Origin: Xylographa opegraphella
Lineage: Eukaryota
NCBI GenBank assembly: GCA_022813865.1
Contig: JALDZX010000010.1
Location: forward strand, 62,001 to 126,000
DNA length: 64,000 bases
Direction of reading: 5' to 3'
Shown here: positions 37,857-50,165 of the stretch, one piece after another
Layout of the letters: each line of letters begins with the position of its first letter
Numbering within the stretch: the first letter of the stretch is position 1
Made by a program: the position numbers and the translations under genes
The notes under the pieces: model-generated
The model's database searches: none
What the model was told of the DNA's origin: nothing
Seen by the model: the letters and a program-made list of their open reading frames with translations, nothing else

Positions 37857-38214
37857 AATGATTTAGCAAGGCGCTCAGATGCGTTTGAGTGAGGACAGTA
37901 GACACTGCTACCAATAGGGCTGTGTGTTCAGCATCGAGTTTATGAGTGGCCGAACTGTAGAAATCTAACGTGTATCTGTGTTTGTCTGTGACCGCCTGTG
38001 ATATGATTAGCCAGCGGAATCTGATCGTCAAGGCTCAAGCTGGAGTTTAGCGTCACTTTGTCCGAATATAGCTAGCGTATCTACCTCTCGTCTTCGAAGC
38101 TTGAATCAGCAACAGGAACAACTCTCTTTACTTCGTACTCACGACTGCCTCTGGTCCATCGCGTTCCAGAAGACTCTGAAATCTCGAACTGCCGTCATTA
38201 TCTCTACTTCCAAG

Positions 38215-38704
38215 ATGCCAGTCAAGCCGATTACTGGGGTAAGGTTCACCTCCGTGTGCTTTGTTACCAGCGCTGTATTATAGCCAGTTATCTCAGCTTT
38301 GTTACCTACTGCCATGCAAAATACCCCTGGTCTATGTTGCGATGCTGATATGTCCTGTGCAGATGTTGCGAAGAGGACTAGTTCTTGATCTGAGTATCGC
38401 TTTTGGTCAGTCAGAAATCAAAGACGTCCACTAAAACCCACATCCTACATCAATTTGAACGCGGAAATGGGAGTGATGCAGAATACACACTGACTATTCC
38501 CAAACAGGTCTTGGTACTTCATTTGGATATCTCTACTGGTACGGTATGTAATTGCTAACACGCTTTGACACCACCAGGATCTCTGGGAATTTTAGTGCAG
38601 TGTACTCACATCAAGCAGGCTACCACATTCCCGCGACTCGGAGACGCGATATCTTCTACGCAAAGTTGGAGGAGCAAAGGGCAGAGGCCGCGGGTGTAGT
38701 CTAG
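38215..38704 (+). CDS. COX9: Cytochrome c oxidase subunit Cox9 (VIIa), 4 exons (38215-38238, 38363-38405, 38508-38543, 38619-38704), not represented correctly in the ORF track
   Basis: Spliced 'MPVKPITGMLRRGLVLDLSIAFGLGTSFGYLYWYGYHIPATRRRDIFYAKLEEQRAEAAGVV*'. All three introns are GT-AG. Confidence 0.93.
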
Positions 38705-39585
38705 GAACCCTATGGGAGCTCCAGGATGGAAAATTGAAACGTATGAGAGGAGTGGATGAGTTCTACGGACCCACGTCTTGTTGTACATACGGAGTCTTGG
38801 TGCGGCACAATTATATCACAAGCATATTTCGATTTTGGATTACGTTGTCTTTTTACATGTTCTTAAACTGCATTGCGCTATGAGCGGAAGGTTCGTGTGG
38901 CAGCATATTGGTCAACATCCCCATCAATGCTCGGGCTTCATATTATTACTAGTAAGTGACTCAACGAACTTTTCTCTTACGCCATTCTTATTTCTATTAT
39001 TGTTCTCGCCTGTTTGGAGCTTCTTCTTGTTGCCTTCCAAAGCATACTCACACACTACGGATGACTACAGGGGATTGCTAAAATGACATATTAACAGGAA
39101 TACTAGTATTCGTGTACTCCTATATTGTAGGTAAGAGTTTTCAGTACTGTAGCCCGCTCTACCTGCACAGCATGGTCTGGGATCAATAGCGGAAAAGAGC
39201 TGGATTCGAGTAATTGTTATGTGAAGATCGAATTCAAGCTGTAAGGAGGATGAGACTTGTTCGGCATATACAGAACTACGAATAGGTCTGTGCAGTCATA
39301 GTTAGCTAAGGTTATGAAAATTTATGAAATTTCAACACCCTATTTAGTCCTCGGCTTGTTCATGATTCTCCTAAAACATTCTTATCACCACGAACTTCTC
39401 GCCTAAATCGCCTAGCGCTCCCACAAAACCGACCTAGGGTTTCCGCCGCGGAAAGCAGCGTCAATCTTCAGACCTGCCCACCAAGTACCGGAAGCACTCC
39501 AGTAAGCCTTGGAAGACTTCACTCATCTACACAAAAAGCTCACCACTACTTCTTTACTAGACGTGCAGAAATCTCTTTGCCCAGC

Positions 39586-40846
39586 ATGACGGAGCAATTG
39601 GTGATGCGTGGTACCCTTGTGGGCCACAGCGGCTGGGTGACCAGCTTAGCTACCTCGCTGGAGAAGTACGAAGCTGTGCAAGTAACGCATTCAATGTGGG
39701 CTCATACTAACATGTCGATAGCCCAAATATGCTCCTTTCCGGAAGTCGCGACAAGTCGCTCATCATCTGGACTCTTACCCGCGACGAGCAGAACTATGGA
39801 TACCCAAAACGAAGCTTACACGGTCACTCCCACATCGTCTCAGATTGCGTATGCTTAATTCAATCTTGACATTTGTTCGAAGCTTTAGCTAAGCTATGCT
39901 GCGCAGGTCATATCCTCCGATGGTGCCTACGCTTTATCCGCATCTTGGGACAAGACCCTTCGTCTCTGGGAACTCTCTACTGGTGCTACAACCCGCCGAT
40001 TCGTTGGCCACACCAATGACGTTCTCTCTGTTTCCTTCTCTGCAGATAACCGACAAATTGTTTCTGGCTCGCGCGACCGTACCATCAAGTTGTGGAACAC
40101 ACTGGGAGACTGCAAATTTACCATCACAGACAAAGGGCATACCGAGTGGGTCTCGTGTGTGCGATTTAGTCCTAACCCCTCCAACCCTGTCATTGTCAGT
40201 GCTGGATGGGATAAACTTGTAAAGGTATGCTCTTAGACAAATCCAGGAAGAGTAGATCTTCTGTTCGTTCACAGGATGCTTTGCTATCTACAAGTATTTG
40301 CTACTTCAGAGCTCTAGGGCCATGAGACAACTATTCACCAATGCACTGATGAGTTTTTTCCACTACTTCTCTTTTTGAATCTCTACAGACGATTTGGGTC
40401 TAACAGGTAAAATCAATCAGGTCTGGGAATTAGCCTCTTGCCGCATTCAAACCGACCATATTGGACACACCGGCTACATAAACACCGTTACCATCTCCCC
40501 TGATGGCTCGCTTTGCGCGTCTGGAGGCAAAGATGGAACTACAATGCTCTGGGACCTTAACGAGTCAAAACATCTCTACTCTCTGTCTGCAGGTGACGAG
40601 ATCCACGCCCTAGTCTTCTCACCCAACCGATATTGGCTGTGCGCAGCCACATCGAGCAGCATCATCATCTTCGATCTTGAGAAAAAGAGTAAGGTCGATG
40701 AGCTAAAGCCTGAATACACAGCAGTTGGAAAGAAGAGCCGGGAGCCTGAATGTGTGAGTTTGGCGTGGAGTGCGGATGGTCAAACCTTGTTCGCAGGGTA
40801 CACGGACAATATGATTCGTGCATGGGGTGTTATGTCAAGGGCGTAG
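39586..40846 (+). CDS. cpc2: RACK1 / G-beta-like 40S ribosomal WD40 protein (Cpc2/Asc1/CpcB), 4 exons
   Basis: '[24 protein letters not shown]...[13 protein letters not shown]...[17 protein letters not shown]...[25 protein letters not shown]'. Confidence 0.97.
40268..40353 (+). ncRNA. snR24: U24 (snR24) box C/D snoRNA in intron 3 of RACK1
   Basis: Guide TATTTGCTACTT plus box D' CAGA (40295-40310), C'-like ATGAGAC (40322-40328), box D CTGA (40346-40349) and a short TCA/TGA terminal stem. The guide is complementary to the conserved LSU rRNA segment GTAGCAAATA. U24 is known to reside in ASC1/cpcB introns. Confidence 0.88.
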
Positions 40847-41429
40847 TGGAGAATGGACAAAGTAGGTTTAGGCAGAGCGATCGGCTTGAAGGACAATGGG
40901 AGAGCTACTGGCGCGGGCAGATAGCACTGCTTCAAAGTAGCTTCTCGATGTCCTTCACAACCTTGTTTCCTCAAAAAATGGAACAAAAGTACGGGAACAC
41001 TTGTCATGGATCTTGAAGTACTGAGAACCAAAGTTTTATTGTAATCACTCGACTCCATTCACTCGCCTCTGCCAGCAATGTATGTATGAAGCGAATATTT
41101 CGATGTAGTAAGGTGCCAGTAAAGCCATGCTGATAGCCTAACTGAACATTCGTACCTCCGTACATATCAAGAGTTGCAACAAAACGCAATGGCTCGTGGG
41201 GCATATGGATTATGGTTCTAGGGTATCTTCCAAAAAAAATGGTGGTTCGCAACTCATGCCTCAAGAATCTGATATGCTCATGCCCTTCTATATCCACTCA
41301 TGCTATGCTGCAAAGAACTATACCTTCATGATTGACACCCAGCAATGCGCACTCAACTCTGCCCCTATATAGGCACACTCCCACAATGCCTGGCCTGGAC
41401 CGTAGATTCATCAGTGCCATCATCTCTGA

Positions 41430-42254
41430 TCAATTTGGACGACTCCGCTTTCCAGCGGGTGGACCCAAGTCCTTACTATCTCCCAGGTTGCTTATGTCAA
41501 AAAAGTCTCCGAAGGTCACTCTCCTTTTCGAACCTGCCCCTGATCCTAAGGTGCGTACAGATGTGCTTGAACGGTTGATATGTCTATTCGATAGATTGCT
41601 ATGCCGTAGAGCTGTTCGGGAACTTCGAGGAGTAAATTCAACTCGAACGGCAGGGGCACCTGGGTCTGTTTGAGTGTTCGGGTTTTGGGCCGCGTCTCCT
41701 GATTGCATGTCGGTGTCTTGTGGTAGCTGGTGTACTGATCGAAAAGTGAAGCAATCGGTTGGGGCTTGAAAAGTAGCGGGCGGAGGTACAGATAGTGGAG
41801 GCGGTGGAGCGCTCGCATCTTCCGGTCGTGCTGGTGAACTTGACCTGCTCGGTGATCTTCGCTGAGTTGATTCCGGAATGTGTTTCTGTCGTAGCACAGG
41901 CGATGAGCTCCCGGTCCTCTTCTCTGGCTCAGCTCGATCCTCGTCGCTGTCGCTACCAGTAGGAGCTGGAGGCGTGCCGTCCAGCCTCTCTGTAGCCCAT
42001 TGTCTAACCCGCCAGCCCTCTCCGTCTCCCAGGCCGAGGTTTTCCTTGTCGAGGAACACCAATAGGTCATCTAACGCATCTTGGTAGCCCGACTGACGTG
42101 CCTCCTTTTGTTCTACAGCTGCTGTTTTGTAAAGGTTTGTCATCGATAAGGCGGCAGTTCTGAAGGCTTGAAGTAGTGATTCAGGTGGGGTAACCATTCG
42201 AGGTTTTGGAGAAGCAGGTGGCAGAGATTTGTTGAGGCTCCTCATCGAATCCAT
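41430..42254 (-). CDS. Conserved hypothetical protein with N-terminal helical motif resembling the HAPSTR1/C16orf72 family
   Basis: Single-exon 274-aa ORF with 'LLQAFRTAALSMTNLYK...GYQDALDDLL' and C-terminal basic 'GSKRR'/'KRSR'. Confidence 0.75.
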   Translation of the reverse strand: MDSMRSLNKSLPPASPKPRMVTPPESLLQAFRTAALSMTNLYKTAAVEQKEARQSGYQDALDDLLVFLDKENLGLGDGEGWRVRQWATERLDGTPPAPTGSDSDEDRAEPEKRTGSSSPVLRQKHIPESTQRRSPSRSSSPARPEDASAPPPPLSVPPPATFQAPTDCFTFRSVHQLPQDTDMQSGDAAQNPNTQTDPGAPAVRVEFTPRSSRTALRHSNLSNRHINRSSTSVRTLGSGAGSKRRVTFGDFFDISNLGDSKDLGPPAGKRSRPN

Positions 42255-42821
42255 CTTGGTCTCTCGGACCTCGCGATGTCTGTTTCGTGAGTATCAGAGT
42301 CATATAACAGAAGCCCAGCTTTTTACATAGTAGATGCTTACCGATAAGCGGCCGATTAATGGGTTGCAAGGAGAGTCCTGGGTTCGGAAGGGTCCGTAAT
42401 CGAGAAGGACAGCAGATCACCCTCTTAGTATCACGCAAGCAGATCGTAAAGAACCGAGACGCAGATGAGAATAGTATGGAAATAAGATATAAATGTCAGG
42501 CGCCTCCAATCTTGTCATGCCCGGCGAATCTAGGGCACAGTTTCATTTTCGCTTAACCGTGCCGAGCGCGCTAGCTTGAATTCAATACCATGGACTATGC
42601 CTATGGAGTACAGGAGCGACATAAATCCTTCTCCTCACACCATCGACACATCCCGGATGAGACCGCCCTCGACTCATCATCATTTCCATACAATACTAGC
42701 AGTAGCAGCACAATATACCTCCTCCACACCACACGCGTCTTCAATATAAAGTTCACGCGCTTGAAGCTACTGGTGGAGTTCGAATAGCTCAGAGAGCCCA
42801 GGAGCCTGTCAGTCGGGCAAC

Positions 42822-45800
42822 ATGGCTCCCGCGAAGGCTCGACGCTCAGACTCGCATGCTACAACGCCGTCAGACACTTCCATGACTGAAGCCGATAACC
42901 ATGTCACCGAGCGAAACGCTGCCGGAAATGACACTCTTGTATGTTCAACGCCCTTCACCAATGTTCCGGGTATCTTTTGCATCTATTTCATACTACTGAC
43001 CTGATGATAACCTGGGCTAATGGACCTACGAGTAGGGCTATCAGGACACGCCGGATTACACCGTATGTCGGCTATCCCAGCTTGTTACAAACTGTATCTA
43101 AGAAACCAGAGCTGACTGATGTGATTGAAGGACTCCGATACCAATCCCAATACTACAGAAAGCAGCATAGCTGGTGATAATTTGCATCCGGATGGGCGAA
43201 AGAAAAGGTCGGAGGCCACACAATTGCGCAAGAGTGTGTTCGGGAAGAAGCACAATAGACTCGATGAATCAAAGGTATGTATTTGATCTCATTTACACGT
43301 ATACACTATGTGTTCCCTTACAGTCATTTAGGAAGATGATACGTTACGAAGATTCCGCTATTTACTGGGTCTCACTGATTTGTTCCGCCACTTCATCGAC
43401 ACAAATCCAAATCCAAGAATCAGGGAGATCATGTCAGAAATTGACCGACAAAATGATGAAGATTCTTCAAAGTCTAAGAAAGGAATTGCTAGAGCAGGAG
43501 GGGCAGCTGCAGAGCGGCGGAGGAGGACGGAGCAGGAGGAAGACGCCGAGCTCCTAAAGGACGAGAAACGCGGTGTCCAAGGCGAGACAATATTTCGTGA
43601 ATCACCCCCTTTCATCCAGAACGGTGTAATGCGAGACTATCAGGTTTCGGGGCTGAATTGGCTTGTGTCGCTACATGAGAACGGTATCTCAGGTATCCTC
43701 GCAGATGAGATGGGTTTGGGCAAAACTCTGCAGACCATCGCATTCCTAGGTTACCTTCGGCACATCTGTGATATTACTGGTCCTCATCTGATTGTTGTAC
43801 CGAAGTCTACTCTGGACAACTGGAAGCGCGAGTTTATCATGTGGACCCCAGAAGTCAACGTGCTCGTCCTCCAAGGCGCTAAAGAGGAGCGACATCAACT
43901 TATCAATGACCGACTGATTGATGAGAAGTTTGATGTTTGTATTACTAGCTATGAGATGATTCTCCGAGAGAAGGCTCATTTAAAGAAGTTTGCTTGGGAA
44001 TACATTATCATTGATGAAGCTCATCGTATTAAGAATGAGGAGTCCTCGTTAGCGCAGATCATCCGCCTTTTCAACTCTCGAAACCGTCTTCTGATCACTG
44101 GTACTCCTCTTCAGAACAACCTTCACGAACTGTGGGCTTTACTCAATTTCCTGCTTCCCGATGTCTTTGGCGATTCGGAGGCTTTCGATCAGTGGTTCTC
44201 GAACCAGGATGCAGATCAAGATACAGTAGTGCAACAACTACATAGAGTCCTGAGGCCTTTCTTGCTGCGAAGAATCAAGAGCGATGTCGAGAAGAACCTA
44301 TTGCCCAAGAAGGAAGTTAATCTTTACATCGGTATGTCCGACATGCAAGTCAGATGGTATAAGAAGATATTGGAAAAGGACATCGATGCTGTCAACGGAG
44401 CTGCAGGAAAACGAGAGTCAAAAACACGTCTCCTTAACATTGTGATGCAACTCCGCAAGTGTTGCAATCATCCATACCTGTTCGAAGGAGCGGAACCTGG
44501 TCCACCATACACCACGGATGAGCATCTGATATTCAATGCAGGAAAAATGATCATGCTTGATAAGATCCTCGATCGCATGAAGAAGCAGGGAAGCCGTGTC
44601 CTCATCTTCTCTCAAATGAGTCGGGTTCTAGATATCCTCGAGGATTACTGCGTATTTCGAGATCATAAGTACTGCAGAATTGATGGTTCAACCGCCCACG
44701 AAGATCGTATTGCAGCCATTGATGATTACAACAGGCCCGGCTCAGAGAAATTCGTGTTTCTCCTGACCACTCGAGCAGGTGGGTTGGGGATCAACCTAAC
44801 AAGTGCAGACATCGTTGTCCTTTTCGACAGCGACTGGAACCCTCAAGCAGATCTTCAAGCTATGGATCGAGCTCATCGTATAGGACAAACAAAACAGGTT
44901 GTTGTTTACCGATTTATAACGGAACAGGCTATTGAGGAGAAAGTTTTAGAGCGGGCAGCTCAAAAACTCCGGTTAGATCAATTGGTTATCCAGCAGGGAC
45001 GTGCTCAGCAGGCAGCAAAAGCTGCTGCTTCCAAGGACGAGCTTCTGAACATGATTCAACATGGTGCTGAAAAAGTGTTCGAGAGCAAGGGTGCAACAGG
45101 GGTTCTAGGCACTAAGACAGATCTTACAGATGACGATATAGATGCTATCCTGAGGCATGGTGAGGAACGTACCGCTCAGCTTAATGCACGTTATGAGAAG
45201 CTCGGTATCGACGACTTGCAGAAGTTCTCCTCGGAAAATGCTTACGAATGGAACGGCGAGGACTTTACCAAGAGTAAGAAAGACGTTGGTATAAGTTGGA
45301 TTAATCCTGCGAAGCGAGAACGCAAGGAGCAGTCCTACTCGATGGATAAATACTATCGACAAGCTCTTTCGACTGGAGGTCGAACTGTTGACACCAAGCC
45401 AAAAGCACCGCGAGCTCCCAAGCAGGTCCCTGTTCATGACTACCAGTTCTATCCACCATTGCTCCGAGAGTTACAAGACCGTGAGACAGCTTGGTTTCGG
45501 AAGGAGATTGGTTACAAGGTGCCATTGGCAGATCGTGAGGACTTGACAGAGAGCGACAAAGAAGCAGAGCGTTCTCTCGAACAGCAAGAGATTGACGATG
45601 CCACACCTCTCACGGAAGAGGAACAAGCAGATAAAGCTCGTATGTCCGAAAAGGGATTTGTCGACTGGAATCGGCGAGATTTCCAGCAATTCATCAACGG
45701 TTGCGCCAAGCATGGCAGGAGCAACTTTGCTGGGATTGCAACGGAAGTTGATGGTAAGAACGAGAAAGAGGTGCGCGAGTACTCTAAGGTGTTCTGGCAA

Positions 45801-46476
45801 CGCTATACAGAGCTCACCGATTATCCCAAATATCTCGCCACTATCGAAGCCGGAGAGGACAAGGCACGTAAGATTAATCACCAGCGTAAGATGTTGAAGA
45901 GAAAGATGGAAATGTGCCGAGTCCCACTGCAACAAATGAAACTCAACTACTCTGTCTCTACAACCAACAAGAAGGTCTACACTGAAGAGGAAGACCGTTT
46001 CATTCTTGTGATGCTTGACAAGTACGGAATTGATGGGGAAGGTATACACGATAAAATTCGAGATGAGATTCGAGAAAGTCCGCTGTTCCGTTTCGACTGG
46101 TTCTTTCTCAGCCGAACTCCACAAGAAATCGGTCGCAGATGCGCAACTCTCTTGACGACAGTTGCGAAAGAGTTTGAGACAGCTGATGGAAAGTCGACCA
46201 ATGGTAACGGAACTATGAAGGGAAGGCCTCGCGATGAGGAGGAAGAGGAGATTGAGGAGGAAGAAGCTCCCGTCAAGAAAAAAACGAAAGGGGTCAAGGT
46301 TTGTCCGACACATACTGCCTCATTATGATGGATACTAATAGGCGTCTCAGAACAAGCAACTAGACGTCGTCAAGAATGGGACAAAAGCAACCTCGAGCGC
46401 ACAATCTTCCCGAGCCGGTAGTGTGGCATCCAACGGGTCAATCTCGAAGGCGAAAGGAAAGGGCAAGAAGAAATAG
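42822..46476 (+). CDS. ISW2: ISWI chromatin-remodelling ATPase (Isw1/Isw2 family), 5 exons
   Basis: SNF2 motifs '[12 protein letters not shown]', 'DEAH', '[11 protein letters not shown]' and a HAND-SANT-SLIDE C-terminus ('WNRRDFQQF', 'YTEEEDRF', '[11 protein letters not shown]'). Three short 5' exons and one 3' exon flank ORF 43380..46328. Confidence 0.95.
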
Positions 46477-47089
46477 GGGACCACTCTGATGTACTTTAGC
46501 GGGCTTCTCTTGGGAGTTTACAAGGCGGCATGGCTATTGGTTAGACCTTGCATTGGGTCGGCGAATGAGGTGGGATGATTTATCATAACTATATCTTTCT
46601 GCATGACAGTATGAATGGCTTCACGAAAGGTTATTTCAGTCTTGCACTATTTGCTACTGCGCCTCATGCGTCTGTATGAATTCATGCCCAGACAGCCATT
46701 ATGTTTTCATCGTGTGGCAGCTACTTGACGTGGAGCACAGAGATCCGTAATGTCGTACAGGTAGTATCGACCATAAAACGGACCTTTGGGGTTGTCGGCG
46801 AGCATAAAGTTACCAAGAATCCAAAATTTGTCTCCACACTGTATCAGTTCTGTGGGGGATGTCAGCATCGTGGACCTGAGCCAGGGTGTCTCATCAATAT
46901 GAGGGGCGTGTGGCACAAATTCTGATGTGTTACCTTACCTAATCGGGTCTTCCAAAGCGAATGAGACCAGATATTCCAGCTTCTCATGAGTCCCTCGTAC
47001 TTACATCCTCTTCTTTAATGTATATATCTCTCTCTCTCTCTCTAGTTTATACGGTTTGTGTGAATCACATATAGCTACTAGTAACCAAG

Positions 47090-48929
47090 ATGGGCCTCAT
47101 ACCCGACTTTACGGAGACCCCAGTCGAAGCCATTGTACCCATTGTTAGTCGTGTTCGTAACACATTTATCACCCAGAAGACCAAACCTCTAGAGTTTCGA
47201 TTGGTCCAACTACGGAAGCTGTATTGGGCGTGCGTCATCATTTCATAGCTCTCTGGAAAGCTCGTGGTCTACACGTAAGCTGACCATCTAGCATTGGGTG
47301 ACCTCCAGACTCTCCGACAATGAAGCTGCTATTGTTGAAGCATGCAAGAAAGACCTTAATAAATCGGTCTACGAAACCTATCTCTCGGAGATTGACTGGT
47401 GTAGGAACGATGCTCTCTTCGTCTGTAAGAATCTTGAGAAGTGGGCCAAGGACGAAAGTGCGCCGGATATACCATTGATGAACCGGCTAGTGAATCCCAA
47501 GATTAGGAAAGATCCCTTGGGATGTGTTCTCATAATAAGGTATATTGGCCGCAGCTCTCTCATGTGGGTCTTCCGCTTATACCACGCGCGTTTTAGTACT
47601 TACAACTTCCCTGTCCAGCTTGCCATCGGGCCGTTGATTGGGGCCATTGCTGCTGGGTGCGCAGCAATCCTCAAACCAAGTGAAAATGCGCCGTCGGTGG
47701 CCATGGTACTTGAGAAAGTTGTTGCGGCACTAGATCCGGACTGCTATGGATGCATTCAAGGAGGAATCCCACAATCCACTGCCTTGCTTGATCAGAAATG
47801 GGACAAAATATTCTATACTGGTAGTCCTGGAGTAGGGAAAATCATTGCAAAGAAAGCCGCCGAAACTTTGACTCCTGTCACACTGGAACTTGGAGGAAGA
47901 AATCCAGCCATTGTGACCAGAAATGCAGACATCCGGTTGGCTGCCAGGCGACTACTCTGGGGTAAATTTCACAACGCAGGACAAGTGTGCATCAGCCAGA
48001 ATTACACTCTGATTGATCACGAGGTGCTCCCCGGTTTCCTGAAGGAATTGGAAGTAGCCATGAAAGAGTTTTATCCCAATGGAGCGAAGGCTTCTCCTGA
48101 TTATGCACGAATCATCAATAGTCGGCAGTGGAAGAGGCTCAAAGATATGATTGACAATAGTAAAGGCAAAATCTTGATCGGTGGTACAATGGACGAGAAA
48201 GAAAAGTTCTTAGAGCCCACTGTCATACAGGGTATGCCATCATCATGTGACAGGATCGCAAGCATAACTTTTTTGATCATAAGCTAACTCTCTGATGCCA
48301 TAGTCGATGATATTACCGATAGTCTGATTGTGGAAGAAAGCTTCGGTCCAATAATGCCAATTCTTCCGGTCAATGACCTCGACCAGGCTATCCGCATCGC
48401 CAATGAGGTTGACCCTACGCCGCTTGGCGCCTATCCATTCGGCAACAAAGCCGAGACCGATAAAGTGCTTATGAACCTCCGCTCAGGAGGTGCTTCCGTG
48501 AATGACGCTTGGTTCCACGGCTGTATGCCAACCCTTGCGTTTGGTGGAGTTGGCAGCTCGGGTCAGGGGTCTTATAGAGGCAGGGCCTCCTTTGACGCCT
48601 TCACACATCGAAGGAGTGTAACCACTACTCCTGGCTGGATGGAATCGTTGCTTAACGTGCGCTATCCACCTTACAAGGGAAAGTTAGCGCAATTCCAGAA
48701 GATGACGAACGTGAAGCCAAACTTTGACCGCAATGGAAAGGCCAAGTTCAGTCTGGTGAGCTTCTTCCTTACACTCGGGGCTGGGAGTTCATTAGGAGGA
48801 CTAGCGCGATATTTCCTAGTACTACTCAGTGAGTTTTGTTTCAATCTGAGATACAATTGAGCTCTGTTCTGACGCGTGATAGCTGCCATAGGTATCAAGC
48901 AGTACCTTGGGCGCACATCGAAGTTGTGA
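47090..48929 (+). CDS. Class-3 (fatty/apocarotenoid) aldehyde dehydrogenase, Hfd1/CarD/YLO-1-like, 5 exons
   Basis: 'YNFP', 'ILKPSE', 'IFYTGS', 'TLELGGRNP', catalytic 'GQVCIS', 'EESFGP', 'FGGVGSSGQGSYRG', then a C-terminal hydrophobic segment and ...RTSKL*. Confidence 0.92.
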
Positions 48930-50165
48930 TCGGGATGTTGGCGTTTGGGAGAACGATGATATGCAAAATAGTGGATCGAGTACGAAAGATCAGTTTGGCA
49001 AAGATTATCATCTATCGAGATACAGAGAGCTGTTTATTCTTATTTGTGTTTTGATATAGCTAGTTATTATTTCATTTTCTGATCTCACAGGTTGGAGTTC
49101 TCTGCTGGGGCTTCCGCCTATTCATGTGTCTCTGGTAATTTGCCGCCTTCAAAAGTCAACGTCATGCTCCAAGCTTCTTTCCGCTTCATGTCAATTGATC
49201 TTTTCACGGTATCAGTGCTGGGTATCATGGTAGGCTCCGAACATGAGAACGACTAGCAAGCACGAGGGTGCCGAGTACCACCGTAGACTTTTATCACTAT
49301 GGATGAATTCATTGGTAACTGTTAATGCCAGAATTACCACAACGTCACAGGCTATTCTGCTCGAAGAAGTAACTGTGATCAGCGATGCGGAATAATCGAG
49401 AGTTAAGCAAATCATAAGATACTCTGTACGGTGTGCTAGACAGTCGAAGCGCTTTTGCCGCGCGCCTGCCGGCAATCATATTCTCGTCCCGCTTACATCT
49501 CGTTCTTTCCCAGTCTGCTCTTCTCTTATTATGTGGACCACAGAAAGACGCAACACTGATATTATAGTAGAGCTAATGTACGACCATGTGACCGACTCTG
49601 CCATCTCATATGATTCGTATTCTTTTGTTTCTATGGGAATAGTCATCGGCTATTTAGGCTTACCTTGCATAGAGATGAGATATGCGCAAGCCACTTGAAG
49701 ACCAAGCTCATTTCGAGAACTATGCTGAGTCAGACGATTTGTAAGATAATGTAAGGATGTGCTGGAAAAAGCATATCCTATTGTTCGTACATATCGATCA
49801 CTCGAGTGACTGAATCTACTCTCGTGATACTACTGTTACAATGGATTAGAATTTGAGGACCGGTCTCTGAGGCTGCTCACATCCGAACAGAGAAATCTCA
49901 TACTACGTAATTTAGCCGGCGCTTGGGCAGTTCGATCTATTGCATTTGTACGTTATTGTTGGTAAACCACATTCACATGATTAGATTGGAGCTAAGGTTT
50001 TTGTTTCCATCGTCCAATGCAAACCGCGGCTATGAATGTAGATCGTGTTATATCACAGTTTCAGTCTAGTCTACTATGAGCTCTAAACTACAGCGATCGT
50101 GCTTTGTTTCCACAAACATCAGATCAAAGTGGTTCTATTATCAGTGATACTCTCACTTCCAAGCA

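Noticed and set aside
45471..46313. 280-aa antisense ORF within ISWI, and similar long antisense or alternate-frame ORFs over GC-rich genes (e.g. 1600-2451, 23485-24294)
   Set aside because: These are shadow ORFs expected from the codon bias of the real genes and show no domain features.
49575..49700. 'TACGACCAT' resembling the 5' end of fungal 5S rRNA
   Set aside because: Similarity stops after ~9 nt, and the internal 5S conserved blocks are absent.
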